From a virus (taxonomy: Duplodnaviria > Caudoviricetes), in the IMG/VR virus record IMGVR_UViG_3300042887_000389, positions 1-61,230 of that record: a stretch of DNA of 61,230 nucleotides, one strand, 5' to 3'. The position numbers and the translations under genes are program-made. Shown one piece after another: positions 46,352 to 57,700 of the stretch. Each line of letters starts with the position of its first letter. Position 1 is the first letter of the stretch. The notes under the pieces were generated by a model that saw only the letters and a program-made list of their open reading frames with translations, had not been told where the DNA came from and did not search any database.

Positions 46352-47263
46352 ATGGGACTAGAAACAGCAGCCATAATAGGTATATCAACAGCAATAGCAA
46401 GTGCAGGAGCATCTGCTGGACAGGCTGTAAGCGCAGGTCAAGCAGCTAGAAAAGCATCAAGAACTGCTGAAGACGCATTTAATAAGGCGATGAATGAGTT
46501 GAGTGCAAATAGAATTGCAGGGCTCAGCCTACCAAGAGAAGCAATGGAGCGTCAGATTGAGGCTAACCTATCGGCAGGAGCAGACATTACTCAAGCAGGA
46601 AGAGAAAGTGAGAGAGGTGCTGCGGCTATTGCAGGACAGGTATACAGAGGACAGACTGAGGCTCAGAGAGAAATAGCTGGAGATATTGGCAAACAACTAA
46701 TGGGTCTTGAAGCTGCAACTGCTGAGGAGGAGACAAGACTTGCTGGAGCTAGAGCTAATCTAAACTTGGCTGAGGCACAGGGAGCTCAACAAGCTGCTGC
46801 TCAGGCTGGTGCTCAGAGTGCTGCTGCTGTTAAAGGAATATTTACAGGGCTTGAATCAGCAGGTCAGCAATACCTAGAAGCAAGTGAGTTATATAAATCT
46901 AGCGAGGGCGTTAAGCAATATGATAATTTGCTTAAGCAGTACGAGAAAGCCGCAGCAGATAAAACATTAAACAAACAATTTCTAGATCCTACTACAAATC
47001 AGCCTTTGCCATTTAATATGGTCATATCAAAACTAACAGGTAATAGAGATATCGCCAATAAGATAGGGTCAATGGATGCGTTGAATGCTAAAGATTATTT
47101 AATTAAAAGCCCGAACATAATTAATTCAATATCAGGAGATGTATTCTCAAGAGGATATGACCCGGGTATGGACATCTTAGCACCTAAAAGAAATTTGTCA
47201 AGTTCTTTAAATGCATTTTCAAATCCTTCTTTAGGATTTAATACAAACCCATTTGGAAATTAA
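46352..47263 (+). CDS. Putative internal virion/ejection protein
   Basis: Ala/Gly/Gln-rich helical protein with a hydrophobic N-terminus. Confidence 0.65.
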   Translation: MGLETAAIIGISTAIASAGASAGQAVSAGQAARKASRTAEDAFNKAMNELSANRIAGLSLPREAMERQIEANLSAGADITQAGRESERGAAAIAGQVYRGQTEAQREIAGDIGKQLMGLEAATAEEETRLAGARANLNLAEAQGAQQAAAQAGAQSAAAVKGIFTGLESAGQQYLEASELYKSSEGVKQYDNLLKQYEKAAADKTLNKQFLDPTTNQPLPFNMVISKLTGNRDIANKIGSMDALNAKDYLIKSPNIINSISGDVFSRGYDPGMDILAPKRNLSSSLNAFSNPSLGFNTNPFGN

Positions 47264-47266
47264 GGA

Positions 47267-48736
47267 ATGGCTACATACTATAAATTTGCAGAAAGAGAAG
47301 CTGACAGTTTTGTAAACTGGGCAGAGATTGGTAAGGGCCTTACCGACATGCTTCAAGAGCAGATGAAAATCCGTGAGGATAAAAGAACTGCTATTGATAA
47401 GGTCACTAGAGAGAACCTAAAGAGTTTGTCTGAGGCACCTACTGGAGACCATACTAATCTAAATACTTGGACTCTTGATTATGCGGACAATGCAAGACAG
47501 GCTATCCTGTTACAGGATAGACTACTAAAGTCTGGTGCTCTTAAATTAAAAGACTACACTATCATGAGACAGAACCTAAACGATGGTACTGATGAGTTGT
47601 TTAGTGTGATTAAAAACTTTCAAACTGCATTCAAAGAGAAGAGAGACAGGATGATAAGTAATGACCCTGCTAATAAATCTCAAGCGTTTGAGATGGACTT
47701 GATGGCTTATACTGAGCAGTTTGGGGACTTCTCTAAATCAAAGGCTATGATTGATCCAAATAACTTTATGGTTAATATTGGTATCATGGAGCCTGACCCT
47801 GAAAACAAGGGGGTAATGAAGGTTGGTAAGCAGATTGCTCCATCTGGATTCCTAAAGAAGATTCAGAATACCAAGGTTGATTACTTTGATTCTAATGGTG
47901 CGGCTGAGGCTGCAAGTAAAAGTTTTGGTGGGTTTACTGAATCTACTATACAAAGTCTGAACAGACTACAGGGTAAGGTTGTAACGATTGATGATGTAAG
48001 GAAGAGACCTGGATACGAGGAGGCTCTTAATGAAGAGATTAATTCATTCTTCTCTAATCCATTTAACATCACATCTGTACTTACTAACGACCTTGTTAAG
48101 GACAAGAATGGTAAGGCATACGTGTCAAATATATCAGGCAAGGAAGGCAATGTTATTGAGTATGTGTTTGACCCTAAGACAAACTTTTATACGCCAAGGC
48201 TAACAGCGGAGCAAGAGCAGGCTGCTAGAGATTACATGAGACGTAAGATTGAGAGCAGACTTGATATAAAACTTAAGGAGGACCCATTCAATAAGCCACA
48301 GCCTGACATAAAAAAGTCTGAGGAACCATCTGCTGGTGGTAACTATTCAGAAAGTGTTAATCAATTTAAGACCAAATTAAAACAAGTTAAACCGAAAAGA
48401 GATAACTATATATTCACTGGTACTGGAGACGTAACAGTTGAAAACCTTCAAAATCTTTTGAGTTCTGATCCAGCATTAATAGGTAAGTTTAAAGTATCAT
48501 CAGTAGATGATGTGGTAACAGTTACTGATAATGATGATGTTCTAATTGGTTCTTATGACTTGTCGAAAACAGATGCACGAAATAAAGGAACTGATTTTTT
48601 TAAGCAAAGAGAAAGATATCTAGATGACTTAATTAATCGAGTAACAAATTATTCAATCTCTAAGGACCCAACAATTATTGGTGTATCTTTGATGACAGGA
48701 CAACAGACAGGAGGGGCTTCACGATTTAATCCTTAA
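47267..48736 (+). CDS. Putative internal virion protein
   Basis: Helical 489-aa ORF within the ejectosome-like cluster. Confidence 0.6.
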   Translation: MATYYKFAEREADSFVNWAEIGKGLTDMLQEQMKIREDKRTAIDKVTRENLKSLSEAPTGDHTNLNTWTLDYADNARQAILLQDRLLKSGALKLKDYTIMRQNLNDGTDELFSVIKNFQTAFKEKRDRMISNDPANKSQAFEMDLMAYTEQFGDFSKSKAMIDPNNFMVNIGIMEPDPENKGVMKVGKQIAPSGFLKKIQNTKVDYFDSNGAAEAASKSFGGFTESTIQSLNRLQGKVVTIDDVRKRPGYEEALNEEINSFFSNPFNITSVLTNDLVKDKNGKAYVSNISGKEGNVIEYVFDPKTNFYTPRLTAEQEQAARDYMRRKIESRLDIKLKEDPFNKPQPDIKKSEEPSAGGNYSESVNQFKTKLKQVKPKRDNYIFTGTGDVTVENLQNLLSSDPALIGKFKVSSVDDVVTVTDNDDVLIGSYDLSKTDARNKGTDFFKQRERYLDDLINRVTNYSISKDPTIIGVSLMTGQQTGGASRFNP

Positions 48737-48738
48737 AA

Positions 48739-51700
48739 ATGAACGAACAGGCTTTAAATTATTCGTATGAACTATTCAAGAAAGATGGGTATACCGGAAC
48801 ACTTGATCAATACAAACAACTTATAAGTTCAGACAAACAAGCTCTTGATTATTCATATAATCTTTTTAAGAATGATGGATACTCTGGCAGCGTAAATGAT
48901 TTCAACCAACTGATTAGCCCTATGGCTGAAAAGCTAGTGGCATCTGAGCCTGTTGAGCCAGTAAAAAAAAAAGATACGGTATCACCATTTGTGGATGGTG
49001 GTTCGGGGCTTACAAACTTTGACCCACGTACTGGTCAAGTTGTACAGGAGACTCCTGCCTTTGCACAAAAGCAACCTGAGGTAAAGTTACCTAAGCAGAA
49101 ACTACCTGCACGTACTGAATTTCAATTTCAACCAGGGAAGGGATTGCCTGAACAGAAAACCGCTCCACTTCCTAAGTTTGTTGAGGAGCAGTTATCTGCT
49201 GTTAAACCAGAACTTATAGGTAAGACTGAGGAGAATGTTGTACCACAACTTAAGTATCAATTCGGTCCACTAGGATTTAAGTTTGAAGAAACTGGTGCTG
49301 GTGATTTTATGAAAGCCACATCTCCATCAGGAGAGTCTATTGAAATATCTTTGGATATAATTGACCCTGCTGATAGAGAAGTAGAAGCCAATAAACTAAA
49401 CGCATTTTTAAGAAAGGGCACCACCGCTGTAAAGAACTTATCCACTTTACAGAAGCAGTACACAGACGCTAATAAAAAGATTGTATCTCAGAAGGAACTT
49501 GATGAGTCTCTGGCAAGCATCAATGCAGAAGAGACAAAAATCTTGGCAAGAAATGCTGAGTTCGTTAAGACTCAGAATAAACTAGAGGCAGAGAAAGCAC
49601 AACTAGAAAGTGTTCCTGTACAGCAAAGAAACAATCCGGAGTACATTGCTAGAGTAGATGACTTCATATCAAGAGCAGATCAGTTCAGTGGTGAATTCCA
49701 ATCCTTTATAAAGGATGCTCAGGATTTGTCAAAGAGAGGTCAGCAATTGAACAGGTCCATAGGCAAGTACACTGAGATGAAAGCTCAGCAGGGTACATGG
49801 TATGGTGCTGCTTTAAATGCCGTTGCTAATAAGTCAATCTACAATATGGCTAAAGGATTCTCTGGGCTTGCTATTGATTTCTTGGGAGAAGTAATACCAA
49901 CTCAGGCTATAATGAGTCAGGATGATTACGAGAAAAACTTCATAGAGCAGGCTAAGAAAGAGGGTGTAGATATTGCTGAAGGAGAAGACTTCATATCAAT
50001 CACTAGTAGACTAAGCCCTGAAACTATTGCTAATATAGAGAATAGGGTACGAGATGTAGCAAAGAAAAGTGTAAAGGGAGAGATTATAGGTGGTTTAGAT
50101 AAGGCTTCTAAGACGATTATGGAATCATCAGGGGTTTCTCCTGAGTATTACAGGTCAATTGAAGAGACATTTGTTGGAGGCGCATTGCTTGGTGCATTGA
50201 CATCTATACCGGCTATGGCTGGTGGACCAATCGCACGTACAGTATTGATGAGTTCTCAGGTATTGGCAGGACTGGATGATGAGATGGCTAATGATCCTGC
50301 ATTTGCAGATGTGTCAGAGAATGAGAAGTTACTAGTTAAGGCTCCAATTGCAGTAGCTGTAGGTATACTTGAAAGTGTTGGTCTAAGTAACTTATTAAAG
50401 CAAAAAGGTTTCTTGAATGGATTAGTGCTTAAGGCATTAGGAAAGGTTGGGACAGGTGCTAGTTACAAGACATTTGGAGAAGTAATTAAGAATGAGATTG
50501 ATAGCGCTATAGGCAGAGGAGCTTTAACTTTAGGGGCTGGTGTTTTAGCAGAAGTTGAAACAGGCGCATTACAAGAAGTTGCTGATATCACTGCCAAAGA
50601 AATTTACAACATGGCTAAGGAGAAGAAGATGTTTGATACTCCTGACTCTGTGGTACAATTTATTGAGCAAGTAGGTAAGGCTGGTCTACAGGAAGGTATT
50701 GGAGCAGGAGTACTTGCTGTACCTGGATCTATATCTGCCGCCTACAGAGGCAAGGGATTCTTAGGAATGGATGATGCTCAGTTTGCTATGTTCGAGAAGA
50801 TGGCAAATGACTCAAACATTCAGAAGGGATTTATTGCTAGGCTTAAGTCTAGAATTAATGCTGGAGAGATTACTTCTGCTGAAGGTAAAGACATCTTAAA
50901 TAACTATAGAAACTCTATTAGTTTATTCAACTCGTTGCCTGATAACCTTGACATGAAAGGTAAGAAGGAGGCGATGAACTTGCTAAAGGAGAAGCGTGAA
51001 TTGGAGCGTCAGATTGATGGCAAGGATCAAGCATTGACAGTTCCTCAAAGAAATAGAGTAAACGAAATAAATCAACAACTTACTAAACTATCAGAAGATG
51101 CCGTTCAAAAGCAAGCAGCAGGTGAAGTACCTGTACAGCCAGGAACCAGAGTTAGCCAAGAAATGGCGCAAGGAGAACCCCAAGCAGAACCTCAAGGCGT
51201 TACCCAAGAAGGTCAAGAAAAAATAAATGAGATTGAGAGAAGAAGACAAGAGGAACTGAGCACTTACGATGAAGAAGGTCTTAATGAAGTTTATGAAGTA
51301 GGTAGCGATCAAACTGTAGGAGAGTTTATAAATGCCAAGTATGATGCGGAACTAGCAGCATTAGAACAACCTACTCAGGAGGTAGATGTAGAAGGAGAAG
51401 TATCAAGACTTGAGCAACTATTTGCAGAGCAAGAGACTGCTCCTACCGTATCTGCTGGTATATCAATATCAAATGATGCTGATGTAGAGGAGTTAAGAAA
51501 TAGAACTAAGTCAAAATCTCAGCAGGCCACAACACAAGAAGAGAAAGAATCTTCTAGCACAAGATTAAAGATTATTGACACAGCGAAGAAGGCTATCAAA
51601 ACATTGAAGTCTGTATTCCCTGATATTGATATTGTAATCCATGATGATGAGGGTAGTTATAATGCTGCAATGGCAGACATGGATGGAGCATCTGGAACTA

Positions 51701-54700
51701 GAGGCAACTTCTCTTATGAGACTACTCCTGATGGTAAGACAACAGGAAGGATTGACATAAATCTATCCAGAGCTAACTCTAGAACAGTAGCTCATGAGGT
51801 TGCTCATGGTATACTATTTAAGACATTTGGAGAGAACGTAAACTTATTCAATGACTTTAGAACAAGACTATCCAAGGTACTTAAGGGTGATGCAAATAAG
51901 AAACTAAATGATTTTGCTGCTAAGTATGTTGACCCTGTTACAGGACAACTACTAGATGTAAACCATGAGGAGTTCTTGGCTGAGTTAACTGGTATGTTAG
52001 AGCAGCAGGAGACAAGCGTATCTGTAAGTACAATGCAGAAAGTTGCTGCGTTGATTAATGAGTTTGTGTCTAAGATTACAGGTGGCAAGTTCAAACCATT
52101 TGAGGATACTAAGAATACCAAGGACGTAGTTGACTTCTTCAATACTATCTCTGGTGCTATCAGAGAGGGCAGTGAGATACAGCAACTAAATAGTCAAGAG
52201 CCATACTCTTCAGGTGTAGCAATACCTGTAAGTAATCCTCAAGAATTTGTTGGTAAGAAGTTTAAATCTCAGGTTGATATAGGTGATTATAAATTCCCAT
52301 CTGGAATAGATATCCTAACAATAGCAGACTTACCTATAAAGACTTTAACTGAATTAGTTAGACAGTATGAAGGCAGAGTATTAATCATTACAAGTGATGC
52401 CACTGGGTATGGTGTAGATAAGAATGGAGACGCAATCCTTGGTGGTTTTGGGTTTGCTTCAAACAAAAAGAATGTTGATGATGGTATTGGATTTGCAAGT
52501 GTTAGTACTGGAACAGTAAGAGGAACTTATACAGCAGCTGAGAAAGCATATGGTACAGGGAAGACTCTTGTGCTAGTAATGATTCAGCCTCCACATACTA
52601 CTATCAATAACTCTTATGGTGCTAAGTACATTATCAGAGGGCTAAAAGAAATAGCCGCATCTTCTAAGGAAGAGTTAGCAAAAACTAAGGATGCCATTAA
52701 GAGTTTTATAAAAGGCTCTAAGGCTATTCAAAATGAATTGAAGAATGATCAGGCTGCTTTGAAGAGAGGATCAGAGAAGAGATTATTTGACTTGATTGAT
52801 AGCATAGATGAGAATACCAATTTAGAAGAAGCAGTTAAAGAGTTTCTTAATGACACTACTTTTACAATAAGAAAGGAACTTGGTAAAGGTATAATCCTTG
52901 AGAATAAAAATATAAGAACAAACAAGTCTACTAACTATAGTAAGATTGCACTTAACAATGTTGGGTACAACATATATGATTTCCTTAAGGAGTACGGAGA
53001 CAATACATTCTTGACAGATGATTTAATTCTAAATAATACTGGAGGGTATGTGGTTGGTGGATTTGAATTAGATGTACTTCCAAAAGAACAGAGAGAGACT
53101 TTAATAAATGACATACAAGGAAGTGGTATAGTACATCCATTGTTTAATGCAAAACTTCCTGGAACAAATCATTTTAGACTTGATGGCCTATACGATGTTC
53201 AAGAAAACTTTTCTGAATATGCTAAGCCTGACACAGAAATTTCTTTATCAAAAGAAGAAAGAGATGCTTTGGTAAGAGAGATTTACAAGGATGATAAGTT
53301 TTATAAGGCAGAGGCTAGATTAATTCCTTTAGATAAAAGATCATATACCAATCTAACTGTTCCAGCTAAGACTGAATTTAAGGATAAGTATTTAAAACAA
53401 AGAGGGTTACTTACAGAGGCCACACCAAATGTGCCTACTAAAGTTGCCAAAGGAGAAGGGTTTATCCCTAGAGAAGGTGCCGCTGAACAAATGGCGAAGA
53501 GAGACTTTGTAAGCAGAACTCAGGATGAAGCTACGCCAAAATCTAAAAGGGTATCTAAGTCTCAGATAATTGGAGAGAATGCTCAACTTGAAGCTGTAGT
53601 AAGACATGATTTAGGTGTTGCTAAAATTCTATCTAGAGAAGGATTGCTACCACAAAGAACTAAACTCATTACTGGATGGGAGTTGGGATCTGATGGTAAG
53701 TGGAGATATGAAATACCAGATGGTAAGTTCAAAGAGAATATTGATATAAGTTCTCCTTCTAAACTATCAGATATATTTGATGCACCTGATTTGTATAAGG
53801 CATATCCTGAAGCAAGGAACATAGAGGTTGAGTTTAAATTGTTGCCAGAAAAAGAGTTTGGTAATTTTAGTCCAGACACAGGGGCAATTATAATAAACAG
53901 ATCAAAATATAAGAATGATAGAGCGGCTGCTGAGCTGACTATGCTTCATGAAATCCAGCACTGGATACAAGTAAAAGAGATATTTCAAGGAGGGTCAAGT
54001 GTTGTACAGGCAGAATTCAAGATGAAAAAAATTGTTGACTACTTTGAAAAGTTAGTCAAGAAGAGAGAGAGTATATATGATTCAGCAAGATTATTTTATT
54101 CAGACAATCAAGAGGTAGTTAAGGAAGCAAAAGAACTTCTAGACTTTGCTAAAAGCCAATACGATATAGTTAAAGAATTAACATTTGAAAAAGGCACTAA
54201 GGAAGAGAAGGCAAAAGCCACTGAGATGATAAAAAATCTCAGCGAATATGCAAAGAGAGGAATCCCATCTGCTCAGAATCTTATTGATGAATTGTCTAAG
54301 AAGAATCCTGCCGAAGCATTTAATCTTTACTATCGAGTAGCAGGAGAGGTTGAGGCAAGAAATGTAGAGTACAGAAATAAATTGACCAAAAGTCAAAAAA
54401 GAAATATCCTACTTTCTGATACTGAGAATATAGACAGAGATGATCAAATCATGATTGACTCATTTAACTTTATATTTCAGGCTGATGAAATGAAGAATGA
54501 GTTCAGAGTTTCAAAGTCTCAACTAGATGATCAGGATAGAATAAATAAATTAATCAATGATGCAAGGGCTCAGGGTTTCTCTGAGGAGGCTATCATATTA
54601 TTCTTACAGCGTAAGGGTCTGACTGATAAGGTCATAGATACTGCAATGGCTAAGGCTGAGCCTGCTGCCAAGAAGGTTGAGGTGACTGAGGAGTTTGCTC

Positions 54701-57700
54701 CTGGGTATGACAGAGTTCTCAACAACATGTTTGGGAAAGATGGTGTAGTCGCCAAGTCACGTAGACGTGGTGTATCTGAGGAAGGTACAATTGAGAATGC
54801 CATCAAATATCTACGTGGTACAAAGGTATATGAGAACGCTACTGACGTACAGCGTGAGGCTATGGAACGCAATGTGAACAAGGAGTTCAAGAAGCGTGAG
54901 AAGCGTGCTCCTAGTGCTGAGAAGGTAGTAGGTAAGCCAAAGAAGAAGGAGGTTACTGTCGATGAGATGGCAGCATTGAAGGACCAGATAAAGCTTGAAG
55001 CAAGAGCAGCAAGAGAAGCCAAGGGAGATCTTAATACCAAGCGAAAAGCATTGGCTGCTAGAATTATTGCTGCTAGAAGGAAGGGAACCATTACTGCTGC
55101 ACAAGCTAGGGCTTTAGTAAATAGAATTAGCAAAGTCAATCTTGATAATCCTATCATGGTAGATAGATTGATTGAATATACTGATAAGGTATTCGATGAT
55201 GCCAACTATGCTGCTGACATGGCTGAGTTAAGAAAACTACAGAAGCAGGCTAAATCAAGGAAACATACATCAATGAGTAATCTTGTTGATAGATTCACAT
55301 CTATTAACCCAGAACTTATACCACTAGATAAAATACAGGAATATAAGGAGGCACTTGACTTCTTGAATAATAGAACTCCTTCTTATTCCAAAATGAATGA
55401 GATGCTTTCTGAAATTGAATCTTATCAGGTTGACGATCAGTTCGATGCAGTTAAGACAAAGGATGGTCTTATAGATAAGTTCAATAGTATACTATCCAAT
55501 AAAGTTGAAAGTGTAGAGGATTATATTGCATTAATAAAAGACATCAATTCATTCAAGAGAAAGGCATACCAGTTACTACAGAACGAAGTTATTACCCAGG
55601 AAGAGTATGAGGATTTAATTGATGGAGCTGGAAAGAACCAGGCTACTATTGAGAAGAAGTTTGCAGAACAAATCAAAAAGATAAAGAGCGATTTAATATC
55701 TGAGATAAAGACGCAGCGACCAAAGACTAATCCTGAATTCACCAAGGAAGAGAATGATTTAATCAAGGAGTACCTAGAACTTAGCGATGCTGACCTTGAG
55801 AGTCTATCCCCTGAGGAACTATTCATTTTAAATGACTTACTAGAAAACATTAGCAATGGAGAGATAGATGTATTTAGATTTGGAAACATCGTATCTAAAG
55901 CATCTAAAAATAAAGAGGGTGTTGCTGTTGGTAAGCAACTAAAAGGATCTAAGTTAAGCCTTGGTTCAGCAGAACTAAGAAAGAAGATGGCTCAGTTTGA
56001 AAGTTCATTCTGGGAGGGGCTTCTTGGGTTAGGCAGAGCCACATCAGGGCCATTACAAAAGTTTATTATATCTCCATTCAATAGAGCAATTGGTTCTTAT
56101 GAGAAGTTCTTAAGAGATGGATACAATGATTTCTTAAAGCTTAAGAAAAAGTATAAGATTGATGATTCTAAGTTAATAAAAAGTACTAAGCAAATGACTA
56201 AAATAGGTATGCTAACCACATATCTACAGGAGTATATGGCTCAGTTTGATCCTAATAATAAGGGTGTTGATAATATCGGAAAGCGTGATTGGTTCAAGGA
56301 AATCTTGGCTAGTGAAACCATGAGAGATGACTACTCTCCTGAAGAGTTAAAGATTATTGAAGAGGTATATAAGAGTCTACCTAAGGACAAGGATGGTAAT
56401 GTAGATCCAAAGGCGGTGTACGATAGCTACATGGCTAATGATGGTAAGTTCTTTACTGAAAATGAGAAGGGATTCTTTGATGAGGTAATGGAGTGGAAGA
56501 AGAAAAATTCAACATCAAAGCAGAAGGCCGCTAATGAGATGAATGGTAATCCATTCAAGGAGATTCCTTTCCACATGCTTAGATCAAGGTACGGAAGTTC
56601 AGCTCCTCAAATTGCACCAAGTACATCTGGTGACAATGGAATGGTACGAATCAAGGCTGGTACCGGTAAGGAAAGAGTTAGTGAAGCAGTAGGTGCAATC
56701 AATACAAACTTTGAGAAGTTATTCATCAAAGGACTTGAGCAGACTGGTAGAGATTACTTCTTATCCAAGGCATTAAAGGATATCAACAACGTGTTGGCAT
56801 CTGCTAAGAAAGAACTTGCTGGAGATAAAGATCCGCTAGTTAAGGCTATATCTTATACGCTATCTGATGCATTGGCTTATGAGTTCAGTGATACCGCTAG
56901 TCAGAACATATTGAAGAGATTGGTTCAGGCTAGAGCTGCAATGACATTGTTTGATCCTATCAGAGCAGGAGTAGAATTTACATCTACCCTACTATCATTT
57001 GGTCTTAGAGCTAGAACATTATCTGGATATAAGAACTTGTTTGGTAGTCAGGGAGATATGAAAAATCTACTTGAATTTACTAATAGCCCTCTAAGACTAC
57101 GTCAGAATATCAATAATGCAATTGATATCAATGATGGTAGGATAGAACCACAGGGTATGTTTATGAAGTGGACCACATTCCTATCTGGTCTACCAGAAAG
57201 AACGATGATGGTTACCTCATGGATGCCAACATTCACTAATGAGTTTCAGAATATCACAGGTGAGAAGTTTGACATGAAGAAGTTCAATGATAGCGAAGCA
57301 TATAGAGAGAAGTATGGTAAGGCTATTAAGGATGCTTCTGCTGTCGCTGATGCACAGACTGAAAAGATTATTGGTCCAACTACAAAGGCTGGTCAGAGAA
57401 GAGACATTATAATTTTCCCTGGAAAAACTGTTGGTAGAGATACAGTGTCTGGTCAGATACTTGGCTTCTTTAGTAACTATCCTTACCGAGAAATAACTGA
57501 ATTCTTTAATGGATTTAGGGAGGCGTTAGAAGTATTGAAGAAGGGTGATACAGTAGATTCATTAAGCAAATTGCAGAAGCCTCTTGGTATTGCTTTGAAC
57601 GTGGCTGCTTACGGATTCTTGTCATCAGTAGTGTACGCTTCTAGATTGATTCTTTTTGGAGATGATGAAGAGGAAGAGAGAGGAGAAAAGTTATTGGAAG

